NCBI GenBank assembly: GCA_963767765.1
Contig: CAVYEX010000006.1
Coordinates: 69,225-133,224 of the forward strand
Source of the DNA: an uncultured Actinomycetota bacterium
Lineage (GTDB): Bacteria > Actinomycetota > Actinomycetes > Mycobacteriales > Mycobacteriaceae
Reading direction: 5' to 3'
Length of the DNA: 64,000 nucleotides
Of the stretch, positions 44,223-54,562 are shown one piece after another. The translations under genes and the position numbers were made by a program. The notes beneath the pieces are model-generated. The model had not been told where the DNA came from. It saw only the letters and a program-made list of their open reading frames with translations, and made no database searches. The number at the start of each line of letters is the position of its first letter. Position 1 is the first letter of the stretch.

Positions 44223-44981
44223 GTGAATACATCCGATCTTGTGCTGGTCAACGTCGAGAACCACGTCGCGCTGATCACGGTCAACGACCCAGATCGGCGT
44301 AACGCCGTCACAGTCGCAATGTCCGCGCGACTGCGCGACGCAGTGCAACAGGCGGAATCCGATGCCGAGGTGCATGCCGTCATCATCACCGGCGCGGGCA
44401 GCGCATTCTGCGCCGGCGCCGACCTGAGCGCTCTGGGAAGTGCGGCCGAGGAGGGGCTGCTGCGGGTGTACGAGGGGTTCATGGCGGTCGGCAGCTGCAC
44501 CCTGCCCACCGTTGCTGCGGTCAACGGCCCGGCTGTCGGCGCCGGCCTGAACCTGGCACTGGCCGCCGACGTACGGATCGTCGGGCCGGCAGCGCTGTTC
44601 GACGCCCGGTTTCAGAAGCTCGGCCTACATCCGGGCGGCGGCGCCACCTGGATGATGCAACGGGCGGTCGGACCGCAGGTCGCCCGTGCCGCTTTGTTGT
44701 TCGGCATGCGGTTCGACGCCGAAACCGCCGTTCGGCACGGGCTCGCCCTCGCTGTTGCCGACGACCCGGTCGCCGCGGCGCGGGAGCTGGCCGCCGGTCC
44801 CGCGGCGGCGCCCCGCCCAGTCGTGCTCGCCACCAAGGCCACGATGCGGGCTACGGCAAGCCCGGGCTCGGTCGACGTCCACCAGCATGAACTCGCGATG
44901 CGGACGGAACTCGGACCGCAAGCAGAGTCGATCCGCTCACCGGACTTCGCCGCCCGACTGGCCGGCGCTCGACGCAAGTAG
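44223..44981 (+). CDS. echA14: Enoyl-CoA hydratase/isomerase (crotonase) family protein
   Basis: [28 protein letters not shown]...[14 protein letters not shown] are crotonase signatures. The symbol is by synteny with remembered Rv2486. Confidence 0.88.
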   Translation: MNTSDLVLVNVENHVALITVNDPDRRNAVTVAMSARLRDAVQQAESDAEVHAVIITGAGSAFCAGADLSALGSAAEEGLLRVYEGFMAVGSCTLPTVAAVNGPAVGAGLNLALAADVRIVGPAALFDARFQKLGLHPGGGATWMMQRAVGPQVARAALLFGMRFDAETAVRHGLALAVADDPVAAARELAAGPAAAPRPVVLATKATMRATASPGSVDVHQHELAMRTELGPQAESIRSPDFAARLAGARRK

Positions 44982-44989
44982 CCGTTTTC

Positions 44990-45448
44990 TCAGTGCTGCC
45001 AGTACCGGGCACTGAAGTCGGTCATGGCGAAGCCGGCCACGATGCTGCCGACGACGATGCCCAAGGCGAGTATCGGCCACATGAACATGTACCAGCGCCG
45101 CCAGATCGAGACGAACGGACCCAAACTGCCCGTGATCAGCGCCAGAGCGATACCACCCCAGGTCACCGGGTAGATCCAGTTGTCGATGCCGTACGGCACC
45201 GGCGGGCAATCGCCTGAGCAGGTGTCGGTGGCGAAGGCGAAAAACAGCGACACCCAGGCCGCGGCCGCAGCGGCCATGACCAGCACCGACCAGGCGATGG
45301 CGGTGCAGATCACATCCCAGGTGGCGACCCGGCTTCGGCGCACGACCCGCCGCTGCTGGTAGGGCAACGGCGGGTGATACGGGTAGTAACCCGGGTAGGG
45401 CGGCGGATGCGCGGGCCTCATATCGGTGATCTTTCCCCTCAGAGCCAC
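44990..45448 (-). CDS. Hypothetical membrane protein with Pro/Tyr-rich cytoplasmic N-terminus
   Basis: ...MRPAHPPPYPGYYPYHPPLPYQQRR is followed by about 4 hydrophobic segments. No family recognised. Confidence 0.6.
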   Translation of the reverse strand: MALRGKITDMRPAHPPPYPGYYPYHPPLPYQQRRVVRRSRVATWDVICTAIAWSVLVMAAAAAAWVSLFFAFATDTCSGDCPPVPYGIDNWIYPVTWGGIALALITGSLGPFVSIWRRWYMFMWPILALGIVVGSIVAGFAMTDFSARYWQH

Positions 45449-45470
45449 CCCCGGGTGCCGTTATCTCAAG

Positions 45471-46289
45471 CTAAGAGAATGGTTCACTCGCCAGCTGCAC
45501 GACGCGCTCGGCTCGCCGCAACACTGGTGCATCGACCATCTGGCCCTCGAACGCGAAGACACCGCGCTGAGCGACGGCGGTGGCCAGCACGCTTCGAGCC
45601 CACCGCACCTGCTCCAGTGTTGGTGCGTAGCCGGACCGGATCACCGGCAGCTGCCTGGGATGGATACCGACTTTCGCATCGAAGCCCACGGCGACGGCGT
45701 CGTCGACCTCACGACGCAGTCCGTCGAGGTCGTTGATGTCGAGGTAGACCGAGTCAAGCGCCAAACGGCCGTATGCCTTGGCCGCCAGCAGCGTCTGGGA
45801 GCGCACGTGGCGGGCCACCTCGCGGTAGGTCCCGTCCGGGTAGCGGTTGGCGGTACCGCCCAGAGCCGCAAACAGGTCTTCGGCGCCCCACATGACCGCG
45901 ACGGCGTTGTCGACCTGCACGGTGTCGGCGACGCGCAGGGCACCCGCCGGCGATTCGATCAGCACCACCACGTCCAGCGGCGCCAAGCAGCTAACCTGCT
46001 CCGGCGCCTCACATTTCGGCAGCATGACCGTGTTATACCGGGTGCGGGCCACCGCCTGCAGGTCGAGTGCCTGATCGCTGGTGCCGAACGAGTTGATGCG
46101 GACTACGGTTCGGGCCGGGTCGAGGGTCGCTGACAGCAGCGCGTCACGGGCGGCGGCCCGGTCGGCGGCCGCCACTCCGTCTTCGAGATCGAGGATCACC
46201 ACATCGGCTGCCGCGGCGGCTTTTTCGAAACGTTCCGGGCGGTCCGCGGGACAGAAGAGCCAGGCCGGCCCGGGATTGCGCAGGGCCAT
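45471..46289 (-). CDS. citE: HpcH/HpaI aldolase / citrate lyase beta-like acyl-CoA lyase (CitE-like)
   Basis: 272 aa; LFCPADRPERFEKAAAAADVVILDLEDGVA is typical CitE family. The ATG overlaps the maoC-like stop (ATGA). Confidence 0.88.
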   Translation of the reverse strand: MALRNPGPAWLFCPADRPERFEKAAAAADVVILDLEDGVAAADRAAARDALLSATLDPARTVVRINSFGTSDQALDLQAVARTRYNTVMLPKCEAPEQVSCLAPLDVVVLIESPAGALRVADTVQVDNAVAVMWGAEDLFAALGGTANRYPDGTYREVARHVRSQTLLAAKAYGRLALDSVYLDINDLDGLRREVDDAVAVGFDAKVGIHPRQLPVIRSGYAPTLEQVRWARSVLATAVAQRGVFAFEGQMVDAPVLRRAERVVQLASEPFS

Positions 46290-46786
46290 CAGCTGTCAGC
46301 CTCGGCCGGTCGCATCCGCACCAGCGTTTTCCGGGTGGCGGTGGCGACGACGTCACCATGCTGGTTGCGTCCGGTGTGGGCGAGAGTCACGATGCCTTCG
46401 CCTGCCCGGCTTCGGGATTTCCTCTTCTCGGTGATGACGGTCTCGGCGTAGAGAGTGTCGCCGTGAAACAGCGGTGCCGGAAAGGCGATTTCGGAGAAAC
46501 CGAGATTGGCGACGATGGTGCCCTGGGTCAGTTGCGCCACCGACAGACCGACCAGGGTCGAGAGGGTGAACATCGAGTTCACCAGGCGCTGGTGAAACGG
46601 CGGCAGAGCGTCGGAGAATGCAGCGTCCAGATGCAGCGCCTGGGTGTTCATGGTCAGCGTCGTGAACAGCACATTGTCCGCTTCGGTGATGGTGCGGCCG
46701 GGGCGGTGCAGATAGCGGGTGTTGATCTCGAACTCTTCGAACCACAAGCCGCGCTGGACAATGTCGCGGTCGGCACCCGATGTCAC
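46289..46786 (-). CDS. MaoC-like (R)-specific enoyl-CoA hydratase/dehydratase (Rv2499c-like)
   Basis: 165 aa hotdog-fold MaoC pattern. The GTG start overlaps the fadE19 TGA (GTGA). Confidence 0.85.
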   Translation of the reverse strand: MTSGADRDIVQRGLWFEEFEINTRYLHRPGRTITEADNVLFTTLTMNTQALHLDAAFSDALPPFHQRLVNSMFTLSTLVGLSVAQLTQGTIVANLGFSEIAFPAPLFHGDTLYAETVITEKRKSRSRAGEGIVTLAHTGRNQHGDVVATATRKTLVRMRPAEADS

Positions 46787-47943
46787 AAGCCGACCTCCCG
46801 CGCGATCAGCATCAACTGCACTTCGCTGGTACCCTCGCCGATTTCCAGGATTTTGCTGTCCCGGTAGTGGCGCGCCACCGCGAATTCGTTCATGAACCCG
46901 TAGCCGCCATGGATCTGCGTAGCGTCGCGCGCGTTGTCCATGGCCGCTTCGCTGGCGACCAGCTTGGCGATCGCGGCCTGCTTTTTGAACGGCTTGCCGG
47001 ACAGCATCAACGCGGCCGCGTCGTAGTACGCCGCGCGGGCGGTGTGGGCGCGGGTCTCCATCCGGGCGATCATGAATTCGATGGCTTGGTTGCGGCCGAT
47101 GGGCTGGCCGAAGGCTTCCCGTTCGCGGGCATACTTGACGCTTTCATCCACGCAGCCCTGGGCGGCGCCGGTGGACAGCGCGGCGATCGCGATCCGGCCC
47201 TCGTCGAGGACACGCAGGAAGTTGGCGTAGCCGCGACCGCGCTCCCCCAGCAGGTTGTCCTCGGGCACCCGCACATCTTCGAAGGTCAGCGGGTGGGTGT
47301 CGGAGGCGCGCCAACCGACCTTGTCGTAGGCCGGTTCGACGGTGAACCCGGCTGTGGGAACCGGGATAAGAATGGACGAGATTTGCTTTCGGCCGTCCAG
47401 CTCGCCGGTGACGGCGGTCACCGTGACCAGCCGCGTGAGGTCCGTACCGGAATTGGTGATGAACTGTTTGGATCCATTGACGACCCAGTGCCCGTCATCG
47501 AGGCGCGCCGTGGTCTTGGTGGCGCCGGCATCACTGCCGCCGCCGGGCTCGGTCAGCCCGAACGCACCCAGGGCACGGCCGCTGGTCAACTGCGGCAGCC
47601 ATTCTCGCTTCTGCGCGTCGCTACCGAACCGATAGATTGGCATAGCGCCCAGCGAGACCCCCGCTTCCAAGGTGATGGCCACGCTCTGGTCCACCTTGCC
47701 CAGCTCTTCCAGGGCCAGGCACAGGGCGAAGTAGTCGCCACCCATTCCACCCCACTCCTCGGGGAAAGGTAAACCGAACAGACCCATTTCGGCCATCCCG
47801 GCGACCACTTCGTAGGGGAACGAGTGCTCGGCGTCGTGTCGGGCGGCCACCGGCGCCACCACGCTCTGCGCAAAGTCGCGGACCGTCTTGGCCAACTGCT
47901 GGTACTCGTCGGGAAGCGTCCCAGTCGAGAGAAAGTCTGGCAT
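46783..47943 (-). CDS. fadE19: Acyl-CoA dehydrogenase (isovaleryl-CoA dehydrogenase-like)
   Basis: 386 aa; LTEPGGGSDAG and IHGGYGFMNEFAVARHYRDSKILEIGEGTSEVQ are ACAD signatures. Its ATG shares one nt with the accA1 TAA. Confidence 0.9.
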   Translation of the reverse strand: MPDFLSTGTLPDEYQQLAKTVRDFAQSVVAPVAARHDAEHSFPYEVVAGMAEMGLFGLPFPEEWGGMGGDYFALCLALEELGKVDQSVAITLEAGVSLGAMPIYRFGSDAQKREWLPQLTSGRALGAFGLTEPGGGSDAGATKTTARLDDGHWVVNGSKQFITNSGTDLTRLVTVTAVTGELDGRKQISSILIPVPTAGFTVEPAYDKVGWRASDTHPLTFEDVRVPEDNLLGERGRGYANFLRVLDEGRIAIAALSTGAAQGCVDESVKYAREREAFGQPIGRNQAIEFMIARMETRAHTARAAYYDAAALMLSGKPFKKQAAIAKLVASEAAMDNARDATQIHGGYGFMNEFAVARHYRDSKILEIGEGTSEVQLMLIAREVGL

Positions 47944-49952
47944 TACGGACCATCCTTTGTTGCGGCGGTGTTGGGGTGGAATTTGATGCGCGCCAGTAGC
48001 TGATTCACCTTGACTTGCTCGCCGGCGTCGACGAGAAGCTCGACGGTACCGCCGACGGGCGCGGTCAGCGCGTGCTCCATCTTCATCGCCTCGACCGTCA
48101 CCACCACGGTCCCGGCGGCGACTTGCGCCCCGTCTTCAGTACCCACCGAGACGACGGTTCCGGGCATCGGGCTGCTCAACTCCGCGTCGCCGCGGTGCTC
48201 GTCGTCGGCCCGCACCGGCGCCTCGCGTACCTCTTCGAGCATCACCGTGACGCCGGCGCCGGCCAACCAGAACCGGTTCTCGTCGGCGGCCACGGTGTAT
48301 TTGCGACGCACACCGTTCAGCGTGACTGTCAGCCGCCGACCGTCCACAGTGGCCTGCAGGGCATGTGATTGGCCGTCCTCGATGCGCACCACAGCTGCCG
48401 CGGGCGAACCCGTGATGTACACGTGATCGGCGCGGTCGCCACAACGTAGCCGAAGACCGACCGGCGCGGTGGCGCCCAACCGCCATCCCGACGGAACCGC
48501 CCACAGATCGACATCGTGCGTCGGCCAGAGCCGCAGCCAGCGGTAGGCCGCCGCAGCGATGAAATGGTCGTCGCTCGCCGGGGCCGCGACAAAACCGGCG
48601 GCGCGACGGTCCAGCAAACCGGTGTCCAGCCGGCCGGCGGCCACGTCCGCATCGGCCAGCAGGAACCGCGCGAACTCGACATTGGTGGTGACACCGAGCA
48701 CGGCGGTATCGGCCAGTGCCCGGTCCAGTTTGCGCAGCGCGGTCGGGCGGTCGGCGGCGTGCGCTACGACTTTGGCCAGCATCGGGTCGTAGTCGCTGCC
48801 GACCGTCATTCCCGCCGACAAGCCCGAGTCCACTCGGATACCGGAGCCGTGCGGTTCGACCACCGCAAGCACATCGCCGCCGGTCGGAAGGAATCCGCGG
48901 CCGGGGTCTTCGGCGTAAACCCGGGCCTCGACCGCGTGACCATGGACGACGATGTCGGGTTGAGCGACGGTAAGCTTCTCGCCCGCGGCGATCCGCACCT
49001 GCCACTCGACCAGGTCCCAGCCGGTGACCATCTCGGTCACTGGGTGTTCGACCTGCAGGCGGGTGTTCATCTCCATGAAGAAGAATTCGTCGGGCCGATC
49101 GGCGGAGACGATGAATTCCACCGTGCCGGCGCCGACATAGTCGACGCTGCGCGCCGTGTCACAAGCCGCCGCACCGATGCGGGCGCGGGTCGCGGCATCC
49201 AGCAGCGCCGACGGTGCCTCTTCGATGACCTTCTGATGTCGCCGCTGCAGGCTGCATTCGCGCTCACCGAAGTGCACCACGTTGCCGTAACCATCAGCCA
49301 GCACCTGGACTTCGATGTGTCTGGGCCGCAGCACGAACCGTTCGAGGAAAAGTGTGTCGTCACCGAAAGCCGCGGCTGACTCCCGCCGCGCGCCGGCGAG
49401 GGCTGCGGGCAGATCAGCGGGCCGTTCCACCGTGCGCATGCCCTTGCCGCCGCCACCGGCAGAGGGCTTGACCAACACCGGGAAACCGACTTCTTCGGCG
49501 GCGTCGATCAGTTCCTCGTCGGTCAGGCCGGGGCGCGCAACGCCGGGTACCACCGGTACACCGAAGGCCGACACCGTGGTCTTGGCGGCGATCTTGTCGC
49601 CCATCGTCTGGATGGCGGCCACCGGCGGCCCGATGAAGGTCAACCCGGCCGCCGCCAGAGCCGACGCGAATTGAGCGTTCTCCGAGAGGAATCCGTATCC
49701 AGGGTGCACGGCCTGCGCGTCCGTGCGGACAGCGGCGTCGACGACCGCGGCGATGTTCAGGTAACTGTCACGGGCGGGCGCCGGGCCGATCGCCACCGCC
49801 GCGTCGGCTTTGGCAACGTGCCGCGAGCGGACATCGGCGTCGCTGTAGACGGCAACCGCCCGAATACCCATCCGCTGCAGCGTCGCCATGACACGGACAG
49901 CGATCTCGCCGCGATTGGCGACCAGAACCGTATCGAAGCTCGTCGCAGACAT
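47943..49952 (-). CDS. accA1: Biotin carboxylase plus biotin carboxyl carrier subunit of an acyl-CoA carboxylase (methylcrotonyl-CoA carboxylase alpha-like)
   Basis: [30 protein letters not shown]..., ATP-grasp region, C-terminal biotinylation motif EAMKME. Start ATG 49952; the track start 50297 overlaps accD1. Confidence 0.93.
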   Translation of the reverse strand: MSATSFDTVLVANRGEIAVRVMATLQRMGIRAVAVYSDADVRSRHVAKADAAVAIGPAPARDSYLNIAAVVDAAVRTDAQAVHPGYGFLSENAQFASALAAAGLTFIGPPVAAIQTMGDKIAAKTTVSAFGVPVVPGVARPGLTDEELIDAAEEVGFPVLVKPSAGGGGKGMRTVERPADLPAALAGARRESAAAFGDDTLFLERFVLRPRHIEVQVLADGYGNVVHFGERECSLQRRHQKVIEEAPSALLDAATRARIGAAACDTARSVDYVGAGTVEFIVSADRPDEFFFMEMNTRLQVEHPVTEMVTGWDLVEWQVRIAAGEKLTVAQPDIVVHGHAVEARVYAEDPGRGFLPTGGDVLAVVEPHGSGIRVDSGLSAGMTVGSDYDPMLAKVVAHAADRPTALRKLDRALADTAVLGVTTNVEFARFLLADADVAAGRLDTGLLDRRAAGFVAAPASDDHFIAAAAYRWLRLWPTHDVDLWAVPSGWRLGATAPVGLRLRCGDRADHVYITGSPAAAVVRIEDGQSHALQATVDGRRLTVTLNGVRRKYTVAADENRFWLAGAGVTVMLEEVREAPVRADDEHRGDAELSSPMPGTVVSVGTEDGAQVAAGTVVVTVEAMKMEHALTAPVGGTVELLVDAGEQVKVNQLLARIKFHPNTAATKDGP

Positions 49953-49960
49953 CGGGGTGA

Positions 49961-51535
49961 TCACATCCGGAAGACGCCGTAGGAGACCGACTCGAGCGGC
50001 GCTTGAGCCACCACTGAAAGCGCAAGCCCGACAACGGTCCTGGTGTCGGCCGGGTCGATCACCCCGTCGTCCCAGAGCCGCGCTGTCGAATAGTACGGGT
50101 TGCCCTGGTGTTCGTACTGCGCCCGGATCGGCGCCATGAATTCTTCCTGCTCGGAGGCCGACCATGGGTTGCCGGCGTTTTCCAGCGCTTCGGCACGGAC
50201 GGTGGCCAGCACCGACGCCGCTTGCTCGCCGCCCATCACCGAGATCCGCGCATTCGGCCACATCCACAGAAAACGCGGCGAATACGCGCGTCCGCACATG
50301 GAGTAGTTACCCGCGCCGTAGGAGCCCCCAATGACGACAGTCAGTTTCGGCACCCGCGCACACGCCACCGCCGTCACCATCTTGGCCCCGTGTTTGGCGA
50401 TACCGCCGGCTTCGTAGTCGCGGCCCACCATGAAGCCGGCGATGTTCTGCAAGAACAGCAGCGGCACGATGCGCTTGTCGCACAGTTCGATGAAATGTGC
50501 TCCCTTGAGTGCTGATTCAGAGAACAGCACCCCGTTGTTGGCCACGATGCCGATCGGGTGCCCGTGCAGCCTCGCGAATCCGGTAACCAGCGTGGTGCCG
50601 TAATCGGCTTTGAACTCCTGAAATTCGCCGCCATCGACCAGGCGGGTGATGACATCGTGCACGTCATAGGGAGTGCGCGGATCGACGGGCACCACATCGT
50701 AAAGCTCGGTCTGATCGGCGATCGGCGCCGAAACCGGCGCGACATTCCAGGGGCGTGGCGGTGGCGGACCCAGGGTGGCGACGATGCGCCGGACGATGCG
50801 AAGCGCGTCGCGGTCATCGTGAGCCAGGTGGTCAGTGACCCCTGAGGTCTTGGAGTGCAATTCGCCACCGCCGAGCTCCTCGGCGGTGACAATTTCACCG
50901 GTGGCGGCCTTCACAAGTGGCGGCCCTCCGAGAAAGATTGTGCCCTGATCACGGACGATCACCGCCTCGTCGCTCATCGCCGGAACGTAAGCTCCGCCGG
51001 CCGTGCACGAGCCGAGGACGGCCGCAATCTGCGGGACGCCGTCGGCGCTGAGCTTGGCCTGGTTGTAGAAGATGCGCCCGAAATGCTCTCGGTCCGGAAA
51101 GACTTCGTCCTGGCGCGGCAGGAAGGCGCCGCCGGAGTCGACGAGGTAGACACACGGCAGCCGGTTCTGGCCGGCGATCTCCTGGGCCCGCAGATGCTTT
51201 TTGACGGTGATCGGATAGTACGTACCGCCCTTAACGGTGGCGTCGTTGGCCACGATCATGCACTCGCGGCCGGATATCCTGCCGATCCCGGTGATGATGC
51301 CGGCGGCCGGGCACTCACCGTCATACATGCCGTCGGCCGCCAGCGGCGCCACCTCGAGAAAAGGGCTACCCGGGTCGAGCAAGCCGTCGACCCGCTCACG
51401 CGGCAACAATTTGCCGCGGTTCAGGTGCCGTGCGCGGGCGCGTGCCGGGCCGCCCAGACTGGCTTCGGCCAGCTTGTCGCGCAGCTGTGACACCAACGCA
51501 CGATGCTCATCGCGATGCACGGCCACAGAGGTCAT
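49961..51535 (-). CDS. accD1: Acyl-CoA carboxylase carboxyltransferase (beta) subunit (methylcrotonyl-CoA carboxylase beta-like)
   Basis: Carboxyltransferase sequence throughout ([22 protein letters not shown]). ATG 51535 is preferred (gggcgga RBS); TTG 51550 is an alternative. Confidence 0.92.
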   Translation of the reverse strand: MTSVAVHRDEHRALVSQLRDKLAEASLGGPARARARHLNRGKLLPRERVDGLLDPGSPFLEVAPLAADGMYDGECPAAGIITGIGRISGRECMIVANDATVKGGTYYPITVKKHLRAQEIAGQNRLPCVYLVDSGGAFLPRQDEVFPDREHFGRIFYNQAKLSADGVPQIAAVLGSCTAGGAYVPAMSDEAVIVRDQGTIFLGGPPLVKAATGEIVTAEELGGGELHSKTSGVTDHLAHDDRDALRIVRRIVATLGPPPPRPWNVAPVSAPIADQTELYDVVPVDPRTPYDVHDVITRLVDGGEFQEFKADYGTTLVTGFARLHGHPIGIVANNGVLFSESALKGAHFIELCDKRIVPLLFLQNIAGFMVGRDYEAGGIAKHGAKMVTAVACARVPKLTVVIGGSYGAGNYSMCGRAYSPRFLWMWPNARISVMGGEQAASVLATVRAEALENAGNPWSASEQEEFMAPIRAQYEHQGNPYYSTARLWDDGVIDPADTRTVVGLALSVVAQAPLESVSYGVFRM

Positions 51536-51554
51536 TCGTTGTCCGCCCAATTGA

Positions 51555-51595
51555 GTTAATGACGACTAACCCGTGCTACGTTAGTGGTCATTAAC
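51555..51595. promoter_or_regulatory. Putative TetR (BkaR-like) operator: two 16-bp half-palindromic boxes in the accD1/tetR divergent spacer
   Basis: gttaatgacgactaac (51555..51570) and gttagtggtcattaac (51580..51595) are reverse complements at 15 of 16 positions and are separated by 9 nt. They lie between the accD1 start and the aggagg RBS/ATG (51617) of the TetR gene. Confidence 0.65.
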
Positions 51596-51616
51596 CGAAC
51601 TGTCCAGGAGGCCGCC

Positions 51617-52258
51617 ATGGCACCGTCTGCCGCGGCTGGTCCGGCCGAAGCCGCGAGTCGCCGTAGCCGGCTGAAATCGGATCGCCGTTCGCAGCTGCTG
51701 GCGGCCGCCGAGCGGCTGTTCGCCGACCGCGGTTTCCAGGCGGTGCGTCTGGAAGATATCGGTGCCGCCGCCGGCGTCAGCGGTCCGGCGATCTACCGCC
51801 ATTTTCCCAATAAGGAATCGCTGCTCGTGGAGCTACTGGTCGGCATCAGCACCCGGCTGCTCGCCGGTGCTCGCGACGTCATCTCCGATAGCCGTGATCC
51901 CGCCGCGGCGCTGACCGGCCTGATCGACTTTCACCTGGACTTCGCCCTGGGCGAACCTGACCTCATCCGAATCCAGGACCGCGACCTCGCGCACTTACCG
52001 ACAGCAGCGCAGCGCCAGGTACGCCGAGCGCAGCGACAGTACGTGGAAACCTGGGTCGGCGTGCTGCGCGAGGTGCAACCGGAGGTGGCCGAGTCCGACG
52101 CCCGCTTGATGGCGCACGCGGTATTCGGACTGCTCAACTCCACACCGCACAGCATGAAGCCCGCAAACACCAAGGGATCAAGTGCTAGCCGGTCCCGTGC
52201 CGTCATGCGGACCATGACCATCGGCGCGCTGCACGCCGGGGACGCCCGACAGGGCTGA
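51617..52258 (+). CDS. bkaR: TetR family transcriptional regulator (Rv2506/BkaR-like)
   Basis: RSQLLAAAERLFADRGFQAVRLEDIGAAAGVSGPAIYRHFPNKESLL is a TetR HTH. ATG 51617 has aggagg 5 nt upstream; the track GTG 51584 lies inside the operator. Confidence 0.88.
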   Translation: MAPSAAAGPAEAASRRSRLKSDRRSQLLAAAERLFADRGFQAVRLEDIGAAAGVSGPAIYRHFPNKESLLVELLVGISTRLLAGARDVISDSRDPAAALTGLIDFHLDFALGEPDLIRIQDRDLAHLPTAAQRQVRRAQRQYVETWVGVLREVQPEVAESDARLMAHAVFGLLNSTPHSMKPANTKGSSASRSRAVMRTMTIGALHAGDARQG

Positions 52259-52336
52259 TCCGCACCCTTTGCGCGGAACCTCAGAACGCCCCGCCCCGCC
52301 TCGCCGTTTGGGTACCCTGCAGAACATGAGGCGGGC

Positions 52337-53128
52337 ATGACGGATCCACGTCGACCACGCCGGTCCGATCACCCTCGACAGGGTCCGGCCCAGCCGCGGG
52401 CCGATCTGTATCAGCCCCGCACCGATCCCGCTTACAGCGGTCAAGTTCCCCACATGCCCAGCTACGGCGGAGGCCCGCCACGCACCACCCCGATCGACTC
52501 CCACCCCACCGACCGGATACCTCAGTACTGGCTGCACAGCCAATCGGCACCGCAATGGCAGCACCACGCACTGTCCTCCGGCGAACCGCCTGACGGCGGG
52601 CCGGGCAACCCGCAGCGGTCCAAGCCGCCGCGATGGTTGTGGATTCTGGCCGGCGCGGCCATTTTGCTGGTCATCGCACTGGTGATCGCCCTCGTCATCG
52701 CCAACGGAACGGCCAAGAAGGGGACCACCGTACCTCCCCTGCCCGCCATGCCCGGCTCAAAGACACCGCCGTCGAGCAGCGCGTCGCCGTCACCCAGTGC
52801 GCAGCCGACCGCCACCAGCTCCGCCGCACCCAGCGCAACCACGCAGACCACCAGCGCCGCCGCCTCGGAAACCGTTGGCTACAACGTCACCGGCGACGGC
52901 CGGGCGATCAGCATCAGCTACATCGACGACGACGGTGTGCGGCAGATCGAGTTCAACGTCGCGCTGCCGTGGAGCAAAAGCGTGACCGTGCCCAGGTCCG
53001 CAAGCCAGCAACCCAGCGTCACGATTGTCAATGTCGGCCACGACGTCACCTGCTCGGTGACCGTCGACGGCATTGCCGGCCCGCAGCGCACCGGCGTGGG
53101 ATTGACGACGTGCCAAGGAACAGGCTGA
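52337..53128 (+). CDS. Pro-rich single-pass membrane protein with MmpS-like C-terminal domain (Rv2507-like)
   Basis: Pro-rich N-terminus and TM WLWILAGAAILLVIALVIALVIA. The C-terminus VGYNVTGDGRAISISYIDDDGVRQIEFNVALPWSKSVTV...VTCSVTVDGIAGPQRTGVGLTTC follows the MmpS pattern (ISY..LPWS..C..VDG..C). Confidence 0.75.
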   Translation: MTDPRRPRRSDHPRQGPAQPRADLYQPRTDPAYSGQVPHMPSYGGGPPRTTPIDSHPTDRIPQYWLHSQSAPQWQHHALSSGEPPDGGPGNPQRSKPPRWLWILAGAAILLVIALVIALVIANGTAKKGTTVPPLPAMPGSKTPPSSSASPSPSAQPTATSSAAPSATTQTTSAAASETVGYNVTGDGRAISISYIDDDGVRQIEFNVALPWSKSVTVPRSASQQPSVTIVNVGHDVTCSVTVDGIAGPQRTGVGLTTCQGTG

Positions 53129-53168
53129 GCCGCGTCTCGTTGACCGCGCAGCGCAGCCCGACGGTGGC

Positions 53169-54488
53169 CTAGCGGATGTCGCTCGCCCGCGGTGCCCGTA
53201 CCGCCAGCATCGCCAACAGCCCAGCGGTCAACACCACATCCAGCCCGCCCAAGCCGGCCCGAACGGCGTGGAAACTGTCGACAAAGACCGAGAACAGCCA
53301 GGGCGCCAAAAACGACACCGCCCGGCCGGTCATGGTGTACAGGCCGAAGGACACCCCCTCTTTTCCTTCCCTGGACATCCGCAGCAGCAGCGTGCGCGCC
53401 GACGCCTGCGCCGGACCAATGAACAGACCCAAGGCCAGTCCGCACACCCAGAACGCCCGGGCGCCGGACAACATCATCAAGATCAGGCTCACTATGACGA
53501 TCGCGACTAGCGAGGCGACGATGATCGCCTTGGAACCCACCCGGTCGTCGAGCAGTCCGCCCAGCACCGCTCCGCAGGCGGCGACCACACTGGCAGTGAC
53601 TCCGAAGATCAACACCTCGCCTTGCGAGATGCCGTATTCACTCACGCCGAGGACGGGACCGAGCGTCAGAACTCCGGTCAACCCGTCGCGAAAGACCGCA
53701 CTTGCCAACAGGAAGAACACGAGGTTGCGGTCCCGCCGCCATTCGGCCGCCAGATCCGACCACAATCTTCGGTAACCGCCCAGCAGGCCGCTGCTGCGGT
53801 GCGCTGCCTCGTCGGCCGGGGGCAGCCGGCGTGCGGTCAACAGCAAAGGCAAGGCGAATACTGCGAACCAGGCGGCGGCCAGCAGCATGGCGGCCCGGAT
53901 ATTGAGGCCGCCGCGCGTCGAGAGGCCCAACAGCCCGCGGCCGGCGCCGGTTCCCGACATGAAGCCCAGGTAGACGATCAACGACAGCACAACGCTGCCG
54001 GCGTAGCCGGCGGCCAAGCCGAATCCGGAGATCCGGCCCGCATTATCAGGCGTGGTCAGCTCGCGCAGCAGCGTGTTGTAGGGGACGCTCGCCAGGTCGG
54101 TGCATGCGGCAGTCGCTGCGAGCAGCAGCAAACCGGGCCACAGATAGCGCGGATCGTCGCGGATCAGGCTCATCAGGCTGGTGAACGCGACCGCCAGGCC
54201 GGTGAGCATGGTCAGCGCCAAGCGCCGCCGGCGCGGTGCTTCCACCCAGACGCCGATGAGCGGCGCCAGCACCGCGATCGTCAGACCCGCCACCGCCAGT
54301 GCGCGGCCCAGCCAACTCGCCGGAGAACTGCCGCCGGGCGTGCCCTCGCCCACAGATTTGGTCAGATAGACCGAGAAGACGAAGGTCACCACGATTGCGC
54401 TCAACCCGACCGAACCGCAGTCCCACAGCGCCCAGGCCACGACCCGGGAGCGCTCAGCGGTGCGCGAACCCGATCCCGGGTTGCTCAT
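53169..54488 (-). CDS. MFS transporter (Rv2508c-like, Leu/Ala-rich integral membrane protein)
   Basis: About 12 TM segments. Start ATG 54488 (MSNPGSGSRTAERSRVVAWALWDCGS); the track start 54593 adds Arg-rich sequence. Confidence 0.82.
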   Translation of the reverse strand: MSNPGSGSRTAERSRVVAWALWDCGSVGLSAIVVTFVFSVYLTKSVGEGTPGGSSPASWLGRALAVAGLTIAVLAPLIGVWVEAPRRRRLALTMLTGLAVAFTSLMSLIRDDPRYLWPGLLLLAATAACTDLASVPYNTLLRELTTPDNAGRISGFGLAAGYAGSVVLSLIVYLGFMSGTGAGRGLLGLSTRGGLNIRAAMLLAAAWFAVFALPLLLTARRLPPADEAAHRSSGLLGGYRRLWSDLAAEWRRDRNLVFFLLASAVFRDGLTGVLTLGPVLGVSEYGISQGEVLIFGVTASVVAACGAVLGGLLDDRVGSKAIIVASLVAIVIVSLILMMLSGARAFWVCGLALGLFIGPAQASARTLLLRMSREGKEGVSFGLYTMTGRAVSFLAPWLFSVFVDSFHAVRAGLGGLDVVLTAGLLAMLAVRAPRASDIR

Positions 54489-54562
54489 GCAGGGACTGTA
54501 GTCATTGGTAGCCGACCCGCCGCGCCCGGCTGCGCGACCGACGCCCTGTCTACGATTGGCCC

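Noticed and set aside
47943-50297. 784-aa version of accA1 and other N-terminally extended track ORFs (tig 13301, Rv2466c-like 18123, plsC 42240, ldt 26398, fused MFS/SpeE 60359)
   Set aside because: The extensions overlap upstream genes or a tRNA and are Arg-rich. Conserved N-termini and start/stop overlaps support the shorter starts listed in features.
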